Below, piece by piece: positions 1 to 10,134 of a stretch of 64,000 nt of DNA. How positions within the stretch are numbered: the stretch's first letter is position 1; the number at the start of each line of letters is the position of its first letter. Below the pieces are notes generated by a model. That model was not told the DNA's origin, did no database searches, and worked only from the letters and a program-made list of their open reading frames with translations. The stretch is from contig CAWHZM010000002.1 of NCBI GenBank assembly GCA_963833875.1, forward strand, positions 1,260,104-1,324,103, in the 5' to 3' direction. Source of the DNA: an uncultured Acidobacteriaceae bacterium. Its GTDB lineage: Bacteria; Acidobacteriota; Terriglobia; Terriglobales; Acidobacteriaceae. The translations under genes were made by a program, and so were the position numbers.

Positions 1-321
1 AATATTCACGTGTCGCAGCTGGCGGCGCACTATGCGGACTTTGCCGAGGAGGCAAGTTGCGCAGGCCACAAATGCGCGCCAATGGGCTACGCAGAGTCGC
101 AAGGGGCTTTCACGCTTCGTTTTGCCGCAGAAATGCGCCAGCGGCTAAGAATTCCTTGCGAAGTGAGCGTGGGCAAGCAGAGCGACTTCACCGAGCCGCT
201 CATGCGCGTCAACACCCAGTTGCTACCTCTTCCCAAAGAACGATGGAACGAGACAGGAGCCTGGGATCAGCTGGCGAGTTACTACGAGTCGGAGTTCGGC
301 GGAACGAAATCCGCAGGCTAA
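1..321 (+). CDS. hypothetical protein, 3' end (gene probably begins upstream of the window)
   Basis: Frame 1 is open from base 1 to TAA 319-321 (track ORF 10..321). No motif I recognise. It overlaps the next gene convergently by 4 nt. Confidence 0.3.
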   Translation, partial: NIHVSQLAAHYADFAEEASCAGHKCAPMGYAESQGAFTLRFAAEMRQRLRIPCEVSVGKQSDFTEPLMRVNTQLLPLPKERWNETGAWDQLASYYESEFGGTKSAG

Positions 322-1169
322 TTTTTGGTGATTTTGACAATATCCTGGTAGTAGCCAGACTCTCTGCCACTCCATGATCCATATTCCGCGACTTCAGCGT
401 GAATATTATGCTGCGCGAACATGCGAAGCACTCCCTGTTCGCGATGTCCAATCGCCGTTTCGTATCGATTGCGGTTGTCCGCCTGGGAACCGTCCCCGAC
501 CTCATGTATCAGATTTATCGTAGACCGCCCGGCGGCGATCGAAGCTGTGGATTCTTCGTTTAATAGAAGGAAAGTGATCCATCCACGGCCTCCAGCCTTA
601 AATACTCGCGAAATTTCACTGATGTAATGATCGACATCTCGAGGAAACATATGGGTGAAAACAGAGCCCATAATTATGAAATCAAATTCAGCGTCGTTAA
701 AAGGGAATCTGTATTCGGAGGGCTTGATTTTTCCTGCTGGATTGTAGTGTTTGCTCCAGACATCGACCGCCTGAAACCGAAAATTAGGATAGCGAGAAGT
801 GATTCTTTCCTGACACCATCTCACCTGTTTTGGAATCGGATCAATTCCCTCGTACGATCCTGTAGTCAAATACTCTAATAATGGCAGGGTTTTGCGCCCT
901 ATTCCGCTACCAATATCCAGAATTCTGTCAGTCCGCTTAAGACCAAACGACAGGAACCGTTGGAACGCATCAGCCCCATTCTGTTTGAACTCCTTAAAGT
1001 CCCTAGCTCCATCCTCCATCAAGTAGAGTGGAGGAACGAACCATGCTTGCTCGCCAAATACACGTCGCTTCACGGGTTGATTAAGAAAGGATCGCGCGAC
1101 GAGAAAGGTTCGTCGCCCGAGATGCGAAATAGAGGGCGGAAGGGCGTGAGAAATAGAACGAAAAGACAT
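318..1169 (-). CDS. class I SAM-dependent methyltransferase
   Basis: 283-aa ORF with SAM-binding motif ILDIGSGIGRKTLPLLEYL. Collinear paralogue of 43068..43943: GIDPIPKQVRWCQERITSRYPNFRF vs GFDIVPRGVRWCAENISARYPGFHF, and FDFIIMGSVFTHM vs FDFAFLTSVFTHL. Confidence 0.8.
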   Translation of the reverse strand: MSFRSISHALPPSISHLGRRTFLVARSFLNQPVKRRVFGEQAWFVPPLYLMEDGARDFKEFKQNGADAFQRFLSFGLKRTDRILDIGSGIGRKTLPLLEYLTTGSYEGIDPIPKQVRWCQERITSRYPNFRFQAVDVWSKHYNPAGKIKPSEYRFPFNDAEFDFIIMGSVFTHMFPRDVDHYISEISRVFKAGGRGWITFLLLNEESTASIAAGRSTINLIHEVGDGSQADNRNRYETAIGHREQGVLRMFAQHNIHAEVAEYGSWSGRESGYYQDIVKITKN

Positions 1170-1307
1170 TTTCTTGAAATCTTATAACGTTGATACTAGC
1201 GCCGCAACTGATGTGTCCAACCCTGGATTGATTAAACGCGATCAAACTGACCTAATTGCATCGGAGGCCGGAATTCTTCGGAACGCGACACTTCCTGGAT
1301 TTCTCGA

Positions 1308-2702
1308 TCAGTACGCATTCTTACTGGTAAAAATGCGAACCAAAGTCATGGTGATGATCTGCAGATCGAAGGTCAGACTCCAGTTACGGAGATAATACAA
1401 ATCGTATTCCACCCGTTTGGCAATGGAAGTGTCGCCGCGCCAGCCGTTCACTTGGGCCCAGCCGGTGATTCCCGCTTTAAACATGTGGCGGGAGTTGTAA
1501 CGATCAATCTCAGCCAGAAATCTCTCGACGAAGAAAGGCCGCTCGGGGCGGGGCCCGACGATACTCATATCGCCCTTGAGAACATTAAGGAATTGAGGTA
1601 GTTCGTCCACATTCGATCTTCGCAGGAAAGTTCCAATTGCCGTCCGGCGCGGGTCCTGGTCGCAGGTCCAGCGCGTATCGCCTTCTTCGCGGCTTCCAAC
1701 CTTCATGGTGCGGAACTTGAACATGCGGAATACCCGGCCGTTCAGGCCGACGCGATCTTGCACGAAAAAGATCGGACCGCGACTGCTCAGCTTGATCGCC
1801 AAGGCAATGAGCAGAGTGAGTGGCAGGGTTAGCAAAAGGATAAAAACGGAAAGAGCAACATCAAAAATGCGCTTTTGCACGAGATAGGGCGCGCTCTCAG
1901 CCAGGGTTGGGCGAAGATCGAGCATGCGGATGCCACCGAGGTCGATCAAGCGGTCGCGAAGGACGACTCCGTCTCCAAGATCGATAACAACGCGAGTCGG
2001 CACACACAGTTTCTCAAGTGTCGGCGCGATTGAGTGCACTTCGGTTAACCGGGAGGCTGGCAGCGCGACGATCACATCGTTGATTGAATTGCCGTTGGTG
2101 AATGTGGGGATTTGGTCGAGTTCATAGACCGGACCCTCGACTGCGATTTCCTGACCCGGCATACGCACGAAACCGACAATCCGGCATGGCAGCACTTCGC
2201 CTTGCAGAAGTGAAGTGCCCACTCGACGGGCGAAACGGTCAGTGCCGACTACCAGAATTTTGACTTCGTTCCGGCCATCCTTGCGCAGCAACTCCATGGA
2301 TACGCGAAACACAACCCGGGCCAGAGTTGCGAGCACAAACAGTGCGACGGCGCTTACGGCGATGACCACCCGGGAGTAGCTCGCTTGACGGTATAGAAAG
2401 CCCGCCGCCATGACCACCGCATAAGTGAAGGCCAGAGCCTCCAGCAACCTGCGGCTCTTTCCTCCGGGGGCGTAAAGCTGCTCCACATTCCACAGTTCCG
2501 ATTCCTCGGCGGCGATCGCCCAGACGATAGTAGTGAGCAGAAGGATGCCCCAATAAGAAGGCAAACCCGAAGGCGCGGTGTGGGAGAACAGAAGGTTAAA
2601 CCCGAAGCGTATCTTCACTGCGATGAAATACGCGCAGGCAGGCAGCAGCAACGTCAAGATTCTGAGGTACAGACGAGCAAAACTAAGGCGACTACGGATC
2701 AT
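1308..2702 (-). CDS. polyprenyl-phosphate glycosylphosphotransferase (large WcaJ/WbaP-type priming enzyme)
   Basis: 464-aa ORF with N-terminal TM helices and a central Rossmann-like segment. The C-terminal bacterial sugar-transferase domain carries FRMFKFRTM, VDELPQ, GDMSIVGPRPERP and GITGWAQVNG. Confidence 0.9.
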   Translation of the reverse strand: MIRSRLSFARLYLRILTLLLPACAYFIAVKIRFGFNLLFSHTAPSGLPSYWGILLLTTIVWAIAAEESELWNVEQLYAPGGKSRRLLEALAFTYAVVMAAGFLYRQASYSRVVIAVSAVALFVLATLARVVFRVSMELLRKDGRNEVKILVVGTDRFARRVGTSLLQGEVLPCRIVGFVRMPGQEIAVEGPVYELDQIPTFTNGNSINDVIVALPASRLTEVHSIAPTLEKLCVPTRVVIDLGDGVVLRDRLIDLGGIRMLDLRPTLAESAPYLVQKRIFDVALSVFILLLTLPLTLLIALAIKLSSRGPIFFVQDRVGLNGRVFRMFKFRTMKVGSREEGDTRWTCDQDPRRTAIGTFLRRSNVDELPQFLNVLKGDMSIVGPRPERPFFVERFLAEIDRYNSRHMFKAGITGWAQVNGWRGDTSIAKRVEYDLYYLRNWSLTFDLQIITMTLVRIFTSKNAY

Positions 2703-3015
2703 ACGTTTTAGCTAAGTGCAATTCCGTCGGAAACAGCATCCTAGATCTGGCCCGGTTTTGTCTAGCCATACTCATATGCCGGTAAGCGTTCTTATGTCAA
2801 GAAGAGAACCAATTTTCCGGCGGCTGTGGCTTCAACTCATTACCCTCTCTCAAGAACTGGACGCTCGTAGCTTGACTCGTGACGATCGCGCTTTGTGTTC
2901 ATTTCTGGTGCGCTAATGCCGAATCGGGTTGCCGTTAGCCTCGAACCCGGAAATCGAAAAAAAGTTGCGGGGATCGCCAAAATGAAAACAATTCGACTGA
3001 CCTGCGTCGGCCAGG

Positions 3016-5466
3016 TTAGGGCTGATTTGCATCTGCGTTGGCAGCAGAACGGTGCAACCATTTTTGGGGTTCGAAGGAAATTTGTATGGCAGCCGTTACG
3101 TTCCTGGCTGCACCTGGCTGAATCACGGGGAAGAGCCATCGCTCATGCTGCACCCAGGCAGAAAGGCCAAGGTTGGATCGCAACTGGTAATCGCCGGACA
3201 CACCAAAATCGGTCAGGGTGCCGCCCCCAGGAATGAACTCCTTGCTCGTCTTCTGGTGCCGGAAGTTCAATTGGATTTTGCTCTTGGGGTTGATCCAGTA
3301 GCTCGTCCAGGCGTCCGCGCCTTGTCCCTGCCGGCCAATCCAGCTTCCGATCAGATTTCCGTTGTTGGTGTAGCCGCTCAGGAAGCGGTCATTGTGGTAA
3401 AAGAAGCCGTCTTGCGTGGTTTTGCTGCCAGGAGGGTCCGTATAAATGCCTTCCACCCGGAAATCAACTTTTTGAATTCCCGGGACGCGGGATAAGTACA
3501 GGCCGGAGGTGAGTGCGGTCTTGTTCCAAGCGAGCCAGGGATTTGGTTCATCGTCAGTAAACGCATCGGCATAAAAGGAAAGCCAGTCGCGCATTCCCGG
3601 CACCCTGTAGTTAAAGTCAAAGCCGCCTCGCCGATCACCGGGATCCGATGGGCTCCCGGGCTCTCCGTTGCCGCTTGAGAAACCGGCTTGAAGAAGCTTG
3701 TGCAGGTTCGCGGGAACGCCGGGACCGCCGAACAACGCGGTGACGCTAATGCCTAATTCCAGATCCGAGGTGGGTTTCAGACTGACTTTTTCACCTACGA
3801 TGAAGGGTTGATCGCTAAGAGTTTGGGTCCATGAACCGCTGTAGCCGGTGGTCGCACTGTTGACCCAATGGTAGCCCGTGAGCCGGCCAACCAGGTAATC
3901 CAACCGTGTATTCCCCAGCAGTGGCAGTTTGAATGGTTTGACACGGCTGACTTGGAGCATCAGGATAGGCGCCGCATTGGTGCTGAATAACATGGGTCCG
4001 CTCCTATCCGCGCCCCACCAGAGCGCTTGCTTGCCAATCGTGAACTGCCAGTTGTCGAGTTGCATTCCCACGTAGCCTTCCAGCAAATCCATCTGATTTG
4101 CAGCGGCAATGGGTGTTGTGGGCGGCGGCGTAGGAAGGAAATCCACGGTTTTTATAGTTTGCGCGGTTAGAGGGGCATCGCCAGGAGCCGATGGCGCATG
4201 TTGGTACTCGGTGCGTAGATAGAAAAAGAGCGGGCCGACCGTCGAGTGAGCGGAAAAACCGGTGACATTGTTGAAACCCTGACTGTAGGGGCGTCCATAA
4301 TCGTTGACGATGGTTTGACCGAAGTGAAAGCCGTCGCGCAGGGGACTGCCCACAATCTGGGTGCCGCGGGTGTATATGGAGTCGAGGCTTATTCCGAGGT
4401 TAGGTGCACCATCTAGACGAGCCAGTTCATCCGTAAATTCGGCGGCGAGAACCTTGTAGATCTGCGGCGCTTGCCTGCTATTCGCGGAATCATCGTGAAC
4501 CGGTTGACTAGCTTCTTGTAGCAATCGGGCGCACTCCATCCGGGTCCAAGGGCGCATTCCGAGATCCGCAGATTGAATGTAGCCCAGCGCGATCAGTCGT
4601 TCCATGGCGGGATAAATCCAACTATCGAGAGGCACGTAGGGCGAGCCCATATTCGAGGGGTCGCGACCGTTACCGGCGTCTTCGGTTTTATTGAACGCGC
4701 CCCATCTTGCAATCTCGGCGTTGCTGTAATGCGAGCGAGAACTGAAAACCTGCCGCCCGGTATACCACCCGAGCGCGCTCCCCACTAGAACATCCGATGC
4801 CCAATGCTCGTGTCCTACGAATCGGGCAGCGTCCACACCCGTGGCCAGGCCGTAGACGAGCAACTTGGTCAGCGGCCCGGAGTATTCATGAGCAATGACA
4901 CTGGCTATCGCCCAACTGATGGCCGCATGTTGAGAAGGAAACGAGTCTCCGCCGTGGAAAAAGTATCCACGGTCTGTCCCTGCGAAAGGACGCTGACGCC
5001 CGAAGGCATATCCGAGAACTTCGGTATCGAGAAATGCATCGAAGCCGGCTTCGGCGCTGAGAATCCCCGTCTCGCGTTCCTGATCGTTGTTTGCAAAATG
5101 TCCCAGGAGGAACATTCCCCCGCCGAGAGCCCCCATGGCAGCAAGTCCCGCATTGGATGCAGTGACCGCGTGGGAGACCGTGCTTGGATTGGTAGGAACG
5201 CGCTTCTCAATGGCGGTGTCGCTTGCCAGCAATCCGGCGCCGACGAAGGCCAAAGGAACCGTCCACTGCCACTCCGAGGCGGTCATGTGGAAAGGCGAAG
5301 TCACAATATTCTTTTGATCCAAGAATATATTGCGCGGAAGTGATTTCAGGTCGACGGGGGCCAGAGCGAGTTGAACCGGCTGTGCCTGCTGTTTTGGCGG
5401 GACAGCAGGTTGCGGATCTGAAGGCGACTGGGCGCTCAGGATAAAACTATACCCAACCATCAGCAC
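3016..5466 (-). CDS. PAP2 phosphatase domain fused to a Wzi-like capsule-assembly outer-membrane module (copy 1)
   Basis: 816-aa ORF. PAP2 motifs GRQRP, SFPSQH and ARFVGHEHWASD are followed by the Wzi-like DSWIYPAMERLIALGYIQSADLGMRPWTRMECARLL and about 500 aa of beta-barrel-like sequence. Paralogue of 31765..34308. Confidence 0.75.
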   Translation of the reverse strand: MLMVGYSFILSAQSPSDPQPAVPPKQQAQPVQLALAPVDLKSLPRNIFLDQKNIVTSPFHMTASEWQWTVPLAFVGAGLLASDTAIEKRVPTNPSTVSHAVTASNAGLAAMGALGGGMFLLGHFANNDQERETGILSAEAGFDAFLDTEVLGYAFGRQRPFAGTDRGYFFHGGDSFPSQHAAISWAIASVIAHEYSGPLTKLLVYGLATGVDAARFVGHEHWASDVLVGSALGWYTGRQVFSSRSHYSNAEIARWGAFNKTEDAGNGRDPSNMGSPYVPLDSWIYPAMERLIALGYIQSADLGMRPWTRMECARLLQEASQPVHDDSANSRQAPQIYKVLAAEFTDELARLDGAPNLGISLDSIYTRGTQIVGSPLRDGFHFGQTIVNDYGRPYSQGFNNVTGFSAHSTVGPLFFYLRTEYQHAPSAPGDAPLTAQTIKTVDFLPTPPPTTPIAAANQMDLLEGYVGMQLDNWQFTIGKQALWWGADRSGPMLFSTNAAPILMLQVSRVKPFKLPLLGNTRLDYLVGRLTGYHWVNSATTGYSGSWTQTLSDQPFIVGEKVSLKPTSDLELGISVTALFGGPGVPANLHKLLQAGFSSGNGEPGSPSDPGDRRGGFDFNYRVPGMRDWLSFYADAFTDDEPNPWLAWNKTALTSGLYLSRVPGIQKVDFRVEGIYTDPPGSKTTQDGFFYHNDRFLSGYTNNGNLIGSWIGRQGQGADAWTSYWINPKSKIQLNFRHQKTSKEFIPGGGTLTDFGVSGDYQLRSNLGLSAWVQHERWLFPVIQPGAARNVTAAIQISFEPQKWLHRSAANADANQP

Positions 5467-5838
5467 GATAGTGATCCGCGATCGAAGCAGGAGTCTTCGT
5501 CCGACGGTCGCTGCCTATGCTGCTGCCCGTAAAAACATTAGCAAAATTCATTCACTTCCCCTGAAGAGCGGGCAGGCGCAGCGGCAAACTTGGAGTGTAG
5601 ATGCAAGTTCATTGGTAGCTGGAGGGAAGCGGGAGAATCACGTCCAACATTTTCCAGTTCAGTTCAATTCTGTTCTAAGCTAGCACGAAGCCAGATTGTA
5701 TTCGGAGGAAACATAGCTGACCGAAGCAGTACACGCTGGCTTGAAGTGCCTTAGAATAACAGCGGGGTTGACCGAGCCTGATAGAATCACTGAACTGCAG
5801 GGCTATCATAATAGTAAAGCTGCAAACCTCCCAACACG

Positions 5839-7096
5839 ATGATTCACACTGAGATTCAGACCGAACCGATTATCGACGAAAGAAACGAAGCAGTCACCGA
5901 ATCATTCCGCACCGAAACCGAGATTTCGCTGCTCGATCTTCTGGTTCTCATGGTGGAGCATAAGCGCTTCATGGTGCAGTTTGTGCTAGGCGCCTGCGTG
6001 TTGGCGATAATAGTTTCCTTGCTCCTGCCGAATCAGATACGAAGGAAAGGTAGTATTGCTTCCGCCTGAGCAGAATTCTTCCATCGCTTCGTCATTGATG
6101 GGGGAGCTCGGGGGTTCTGGGGCGCTGGGGGCGCTGGGGGCGCTGGCCAGCGGCAGCCTTGGCCTGAAAAATCCGGCTGACATGTATGTTTCATTACTGA
6201 CTAGCCGAACCGTCGAGGATAGTCTGATCCACCGCTTTGACTTGATGAAAGAATACGATGCGAAGAAAATGTCAGGCGCTCGCAAGAAGCTTGAACGTTG
6301 CAGCAAGGTTTTGGCCGGTAGCAAAGACGGTCTAATTCGGATCACGGTGGATGACAAAGATCCGAAGCGTGCCGCCGAACTGGCCAACGGGTACGTCGAT
6401 GAATTTCGAAAACTCACTGCCTCACTCGCGATCACTGAGGCGGCACGACGGCGCCTGTTCTTTCAGCAGCAGTTGCAGGAGGCCAAGGACAATCTGACTG
6501 TCGCAGAAGATGCCATGGCAAAGACCCAGGAGTCGACCGGCGTCTTGGAGATTGATAGTCAGGCGAGAGCCTTGATCGAATCCGCAGCGATTCTTACGGG
6601 CCAGGTCATGGCGAAGCAAGTGGAGATCCAGGCCATGAGGTCTTTCGCCACCGACGATAATCCCAGTCTCGTCCTGGCCAAGCAGGAGCTCTGCGCCCTC
6701 CAATCGCAACTCGACGCATCTCCGGAGTCGCAACACGATGACGGCTCCGGACATCAATCTTTCCAAGGCAGGGTGACAGAAGCTGGAATGGAATACCTTC
6801 GGCGATATCGTGATCTGAAGTACAACGAGACAGTATTCGAGCTGCTGGCCAAGGAATTCGAGGTTGCGAAGCTTGACGAGGCCAGAGAGGGATCCATCGT
6901 TCAAGTGGTGGATTCGGCCGTGGTTCCGGATAAGAGGTCGTTTCCCCTCGGACGCTGATTGTGCTTGGAGCAACGGTGCTTGCTTTTTTTATTGCCGTGT
7001 TCTGGGTCTTGCTGCGAGAAGAGTTAGCCCGTGCTTTCGAGTCTGCCGGAGAATCGCAACGCGCTGGAGGCTATCAGAGAGGGTTGGAAAGCGTAG
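5839..7096 (+). pseudogene. Wzz/GumC-type polysaccharide co-polymerase (chain-length determinant), frameshifted
   Basis: The reading runs frame 1 (5839..6069), frame 2 (6056..6958), then frame 1 (from about 6940). It stays collinear with the intact paralogue 39316..40710: LLLPN/RYEGKVVLLPPEQ vs LIPKRYDSTIRLMPPDSQ, and KRS/SPRTLIVLGATVLAFF vs KKSSPPRALIAVMGTLLAL. The 3' end is uncertain (7096-7251). Confidence 0.75.
6119..6145 (+). repeat. perfect 3 x 9-bp tandem repeat (GGGGCGCTG) encoding GAL-GAL-GAL
   Basis: Read directly from the DNA. It is in frame within the wzz-like reading frame. Confidence 0.9.
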
Positions 7097-7268
7097 CAAG
7101 AGCCGGTAAATCGAGTGCAATATTTGTCTGGGCTAGGACCGGTGTTGACGAACGTTGTTTTTGCCTGGTTCGGGTCACTGCAATTGGCATTCCAGGAGTA
7201 CACGCTTGCGGTATTATTACGTCGCGTGTTGGTTCGACTGACCGGATTTGATATACTCATCTCCATCT

Positions 7269-8831
7269 ATGCGTGTTTTATTTTTGAATCCACCTTTTCA
7301 CCCGCGTTTTTCCCGGGAGCAACGAAGTCCCGCAGTCACTAAGAGCGGAACACTGTACTACCCGAAGTGGCTGGCCACGCGGCCGGGGTTGCGATCAAGA
7401 ATGGGCATGAGGTGGATCTGGTCGACGCTCCCGCGGCGGGCTTCCGGTGCAGGCGGTCATCGACCGTATTGCCGCGAAGAACATCGAGGCGGTGGTCTGC
7501 GATACTTCCACCCCCAGCATTCTCAATGACGTCAGTGTGATCGAAGCGCTGGTTGCCGCGAAGCCCTCTCTGCATGTGCTGCTGGTGGGACGGCACGTGT
7601 CGTCGCTGCCCAAGGAGACACTCGCGATGTCGCCTCCGCTGGAGGCGGTCGCCGTGCGCGAATACGAATATACGGTGCGAGACTGGTTGGACGCGAAAGC
7701 CTGTGGTGCCGATCTCTCGGCGGTGGAAGGTCTGGTATAGCGTCGAGCCGGAACTGGAGAGATCGTCACCAACAAGGCCGCGGGAGGCCATCGAGAATCT
7801 GGATGAGCTGCCGTTCGTCTCCGAAGTCTATAAGCGCTTCCTGCACACACCCGATTATTTCTATGGCCACTCGCTTTGGCCGCTGGTGGTTTTCGATACT
7901 AGCCGCGGATGCCCTTATCACTGTTCGTTCTGCGTTTATCCGCAGACCTTCAGCGGGCACACGATGCGCTATCGTTCGGTAGCGAATGTGGCCGACGAGT
8001 TCGATTTCGTCTCGCGCGAGATGCCGGAAATCAAGACCGTGATGCTGGAGGACGATACTTTCATCATCAGCAAGCCGCGCACGATGGAACTGGCGAAGGA
8101 GTTGATCCGCCGCGGTAACAAGCTGCCCTTCGATGCCAACTGCCGCGCCGATATCGGCGCCGAAGGCGAATTGCTTTCCACGCTGCACAAGGCCGGCGCC
8201 CGGCTCTTCTGCGTCGGCTTCGAGAGCGGCGATGTGGAAGTGATCCATGGGATGAAGAAGAACAACGATGACCGCCGCGATGCGAAGTATCACGAAGAGG
8301 CTCATCGCTTTGTCCGTCGCTGCCAGGAAGCGGGAATCATGGTGCACGGTTGCTTCATGGTGGGCAATCTGAATGAAACCCCGGCCAGCATGGAAAAAAC
8401 GCTGGCTTTGCCAAGAAACTCCAGCCCGATACCGCGCAATTCTTTCCCGATCATGGTGTATCCGGGTACGACCGCCTATGAGGAAGCCAAAAAGCGCGAT
8501 TACATTCAGATCGAGGACTGGGGCGCGTGGCTGACCAAGGATGGCCTGCACAACAGCGTGGTCACTCTGCCGAATATCACGCACGAGCAGTTGGTCAGTT
8601 TCTGTGACCGGGCGCGGCGAAGTTTTTATCTCGAGTCCTTCGTATCTCCTCTACAAGCTGAAGCAGTCGCTGAAAGATCGCCGCGAGTTGCAACGCAATC
8701 TGAAAGGCTTCATTACGTTGTCGAAATATCTGCTGCGCGGCAGCCAGCACGAGAAGACCGAGGCACACGGCAGAACCTGCGCCAGGCGTGCACGCATAAG
8801 CGCCGGTCCAAGCGTTCAAGGCGGTGACTAG
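7269..8831 (+). pseudogene. B12-binding radical SAM enzyme, multiply disrupted
   Basis: The N-terminus MRVLFLNPPF... and the radical-SAM core SRGCPYHCSFCVYP are spread over frames 3, 2, 1, 2, (1), 2 and 3 (track ORFs 7248.., 7447.., 7553.., 8541..). There is an apparent in-frame TAG at 7738-7740 and a compensated -1/+1 pair at 8407/8449. Confidence 0.8.
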
Positions 8832-8925
8832 ATTGAGGGTTTTATAGTTCTGGCTGTCAGTGAACTGCATTTGGGCGGCTTTGATTGAACCTCGCTTGTC
8901 TTCTTCCGCCGGAAAGGAATCAATC

Positions 8926-9960
8926 GTGCAAGTTGCAGGAGGAGTGATCCATCGACGATAATTCAGTATCGATTATCATTCCGACATTCAATGGTGCCTC
9001 GCGCATTAGCAATTGTCTCGAAGCATTCTTGAAGCAGACGAGGTCGACGGAAAATTGAAATTCTGGTCGTCAACGACGGCTCGACAGACAATACAGCGCG
9101 AATAGTAGCGCGGTATTCCGGAGTTCGCCTGATTCGCCAGGCGAACGCTGGTCCCGCGGCGGCTCGCAATCGCGGCGCCTGGAAGCCCAGGGAGCGATCA
9201 TCCTGTTCACTGACGATGATTGTGTGCCGATGCGCGGACTGGCTGGAGGCCATGCATCAAACCCTTTCACGATCCAGAGGTCGTCGGAGCGAAGGGAGTG
9301 TACCGCACACGGCAGAAGAGTCTGGTTGCCCGTTTCGTGCAGGTCTGAGTACGAGGATCGGTACCGGCTGATGGCGGATCGCTGTCGCGATCGATTTTAT
9401 CGATACGTACTCCGCGGCGTTTCGCGCGAGCGCTTCTTAGAGATGAGCGGTTACGATACTTCATTCCCGGTGGCATGCGCGGAAGACATCGAACTTTCCT
9501 ACCGAATGTCGGCGCGCGGCTGGAAGATGAAGTTTGCCCCCGCCGCAATTGTTTACCATACGCATCCCGACACTCTCTCGGCGTATATCAAGAAGAAGTA
9601 CAAATTCGCTTTCTGGCGCGTGCTTTGCGGTGCGGAAGAATCCCAGCAAGGCAGTGAAAGACAGCCACACGCCGCAGCTGATGAAGCTTCAGCTTCTGTT
9701 CGCGCCAGCGTTGCTGCTTGCGGTGGTTCTGGATCTGGTATACGCTGGCGGTGCTTGCGTCGGCACTCGTACTTGCTGGCTTTGTGGTCAGCACGCTGCC
9801 ATTCGCGTTGCGCGCGATCCAGAAAGATCCTGTCGTCGGGTTGCTTTCTCCGGCTCTGCTAGCCGCTCGAGCCTGTGCCCAGGTGCTAGGAGTAACTGCC
9901 GGCCTGATCTACGCGATTCGCGGGACGGCCAAGGCCCCAACCAAAGCGTCCGCCCAATAA
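8926..9960 (+). pseudogene. family 2 glycosyltransferase, multiply frameshifted
   Basis: A GGAAAGGA RBS precedes GTG 8926. The GT2 signature SIIIPTFNG...ILVVNDGSTDNT...FTDDDCVP...EDIELSYRM and C-terminal TM segments can be read only by switching among three frames (track ORFs 9224.., 9534.., 9718..). Confidence 0.75.
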
Positions 9961-10134
9961 CTGCCGTGCCTTCCCCCGGTTTCCTGAGTGTTCTTGGGCT
10001 CGTCATGCGGATCGGAGGATGGTCAATTGTCATTCAGAAAGTATTCCGAGTTTGGCAGGGAAGTGAACGTGAGGTGGGCAGCATTCACCCTTATCTCTGC
10101 AGGGCCACGCGACTTTATTTCTCACCCGGATGTG

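Noticed and set aside
6119-6145. Short tandem repeats (here and 46648..46692) as possible CRISPR or VNTR loci
   Set aside because: There are only three units of 9 or 15 bp, with no spacers, and both are in frame inside coding sequence. They are not CRISPR arrays.
7269-9960. Naming the radical SAM + GT2 pair as hopanoid genes hpnJ/hpnI
   Set aside because: The gene order and the N-terminal sequence do not match what I recall of HpnJ/HpnI. The context is a polysaccharide locus, and both genes are disrupted.
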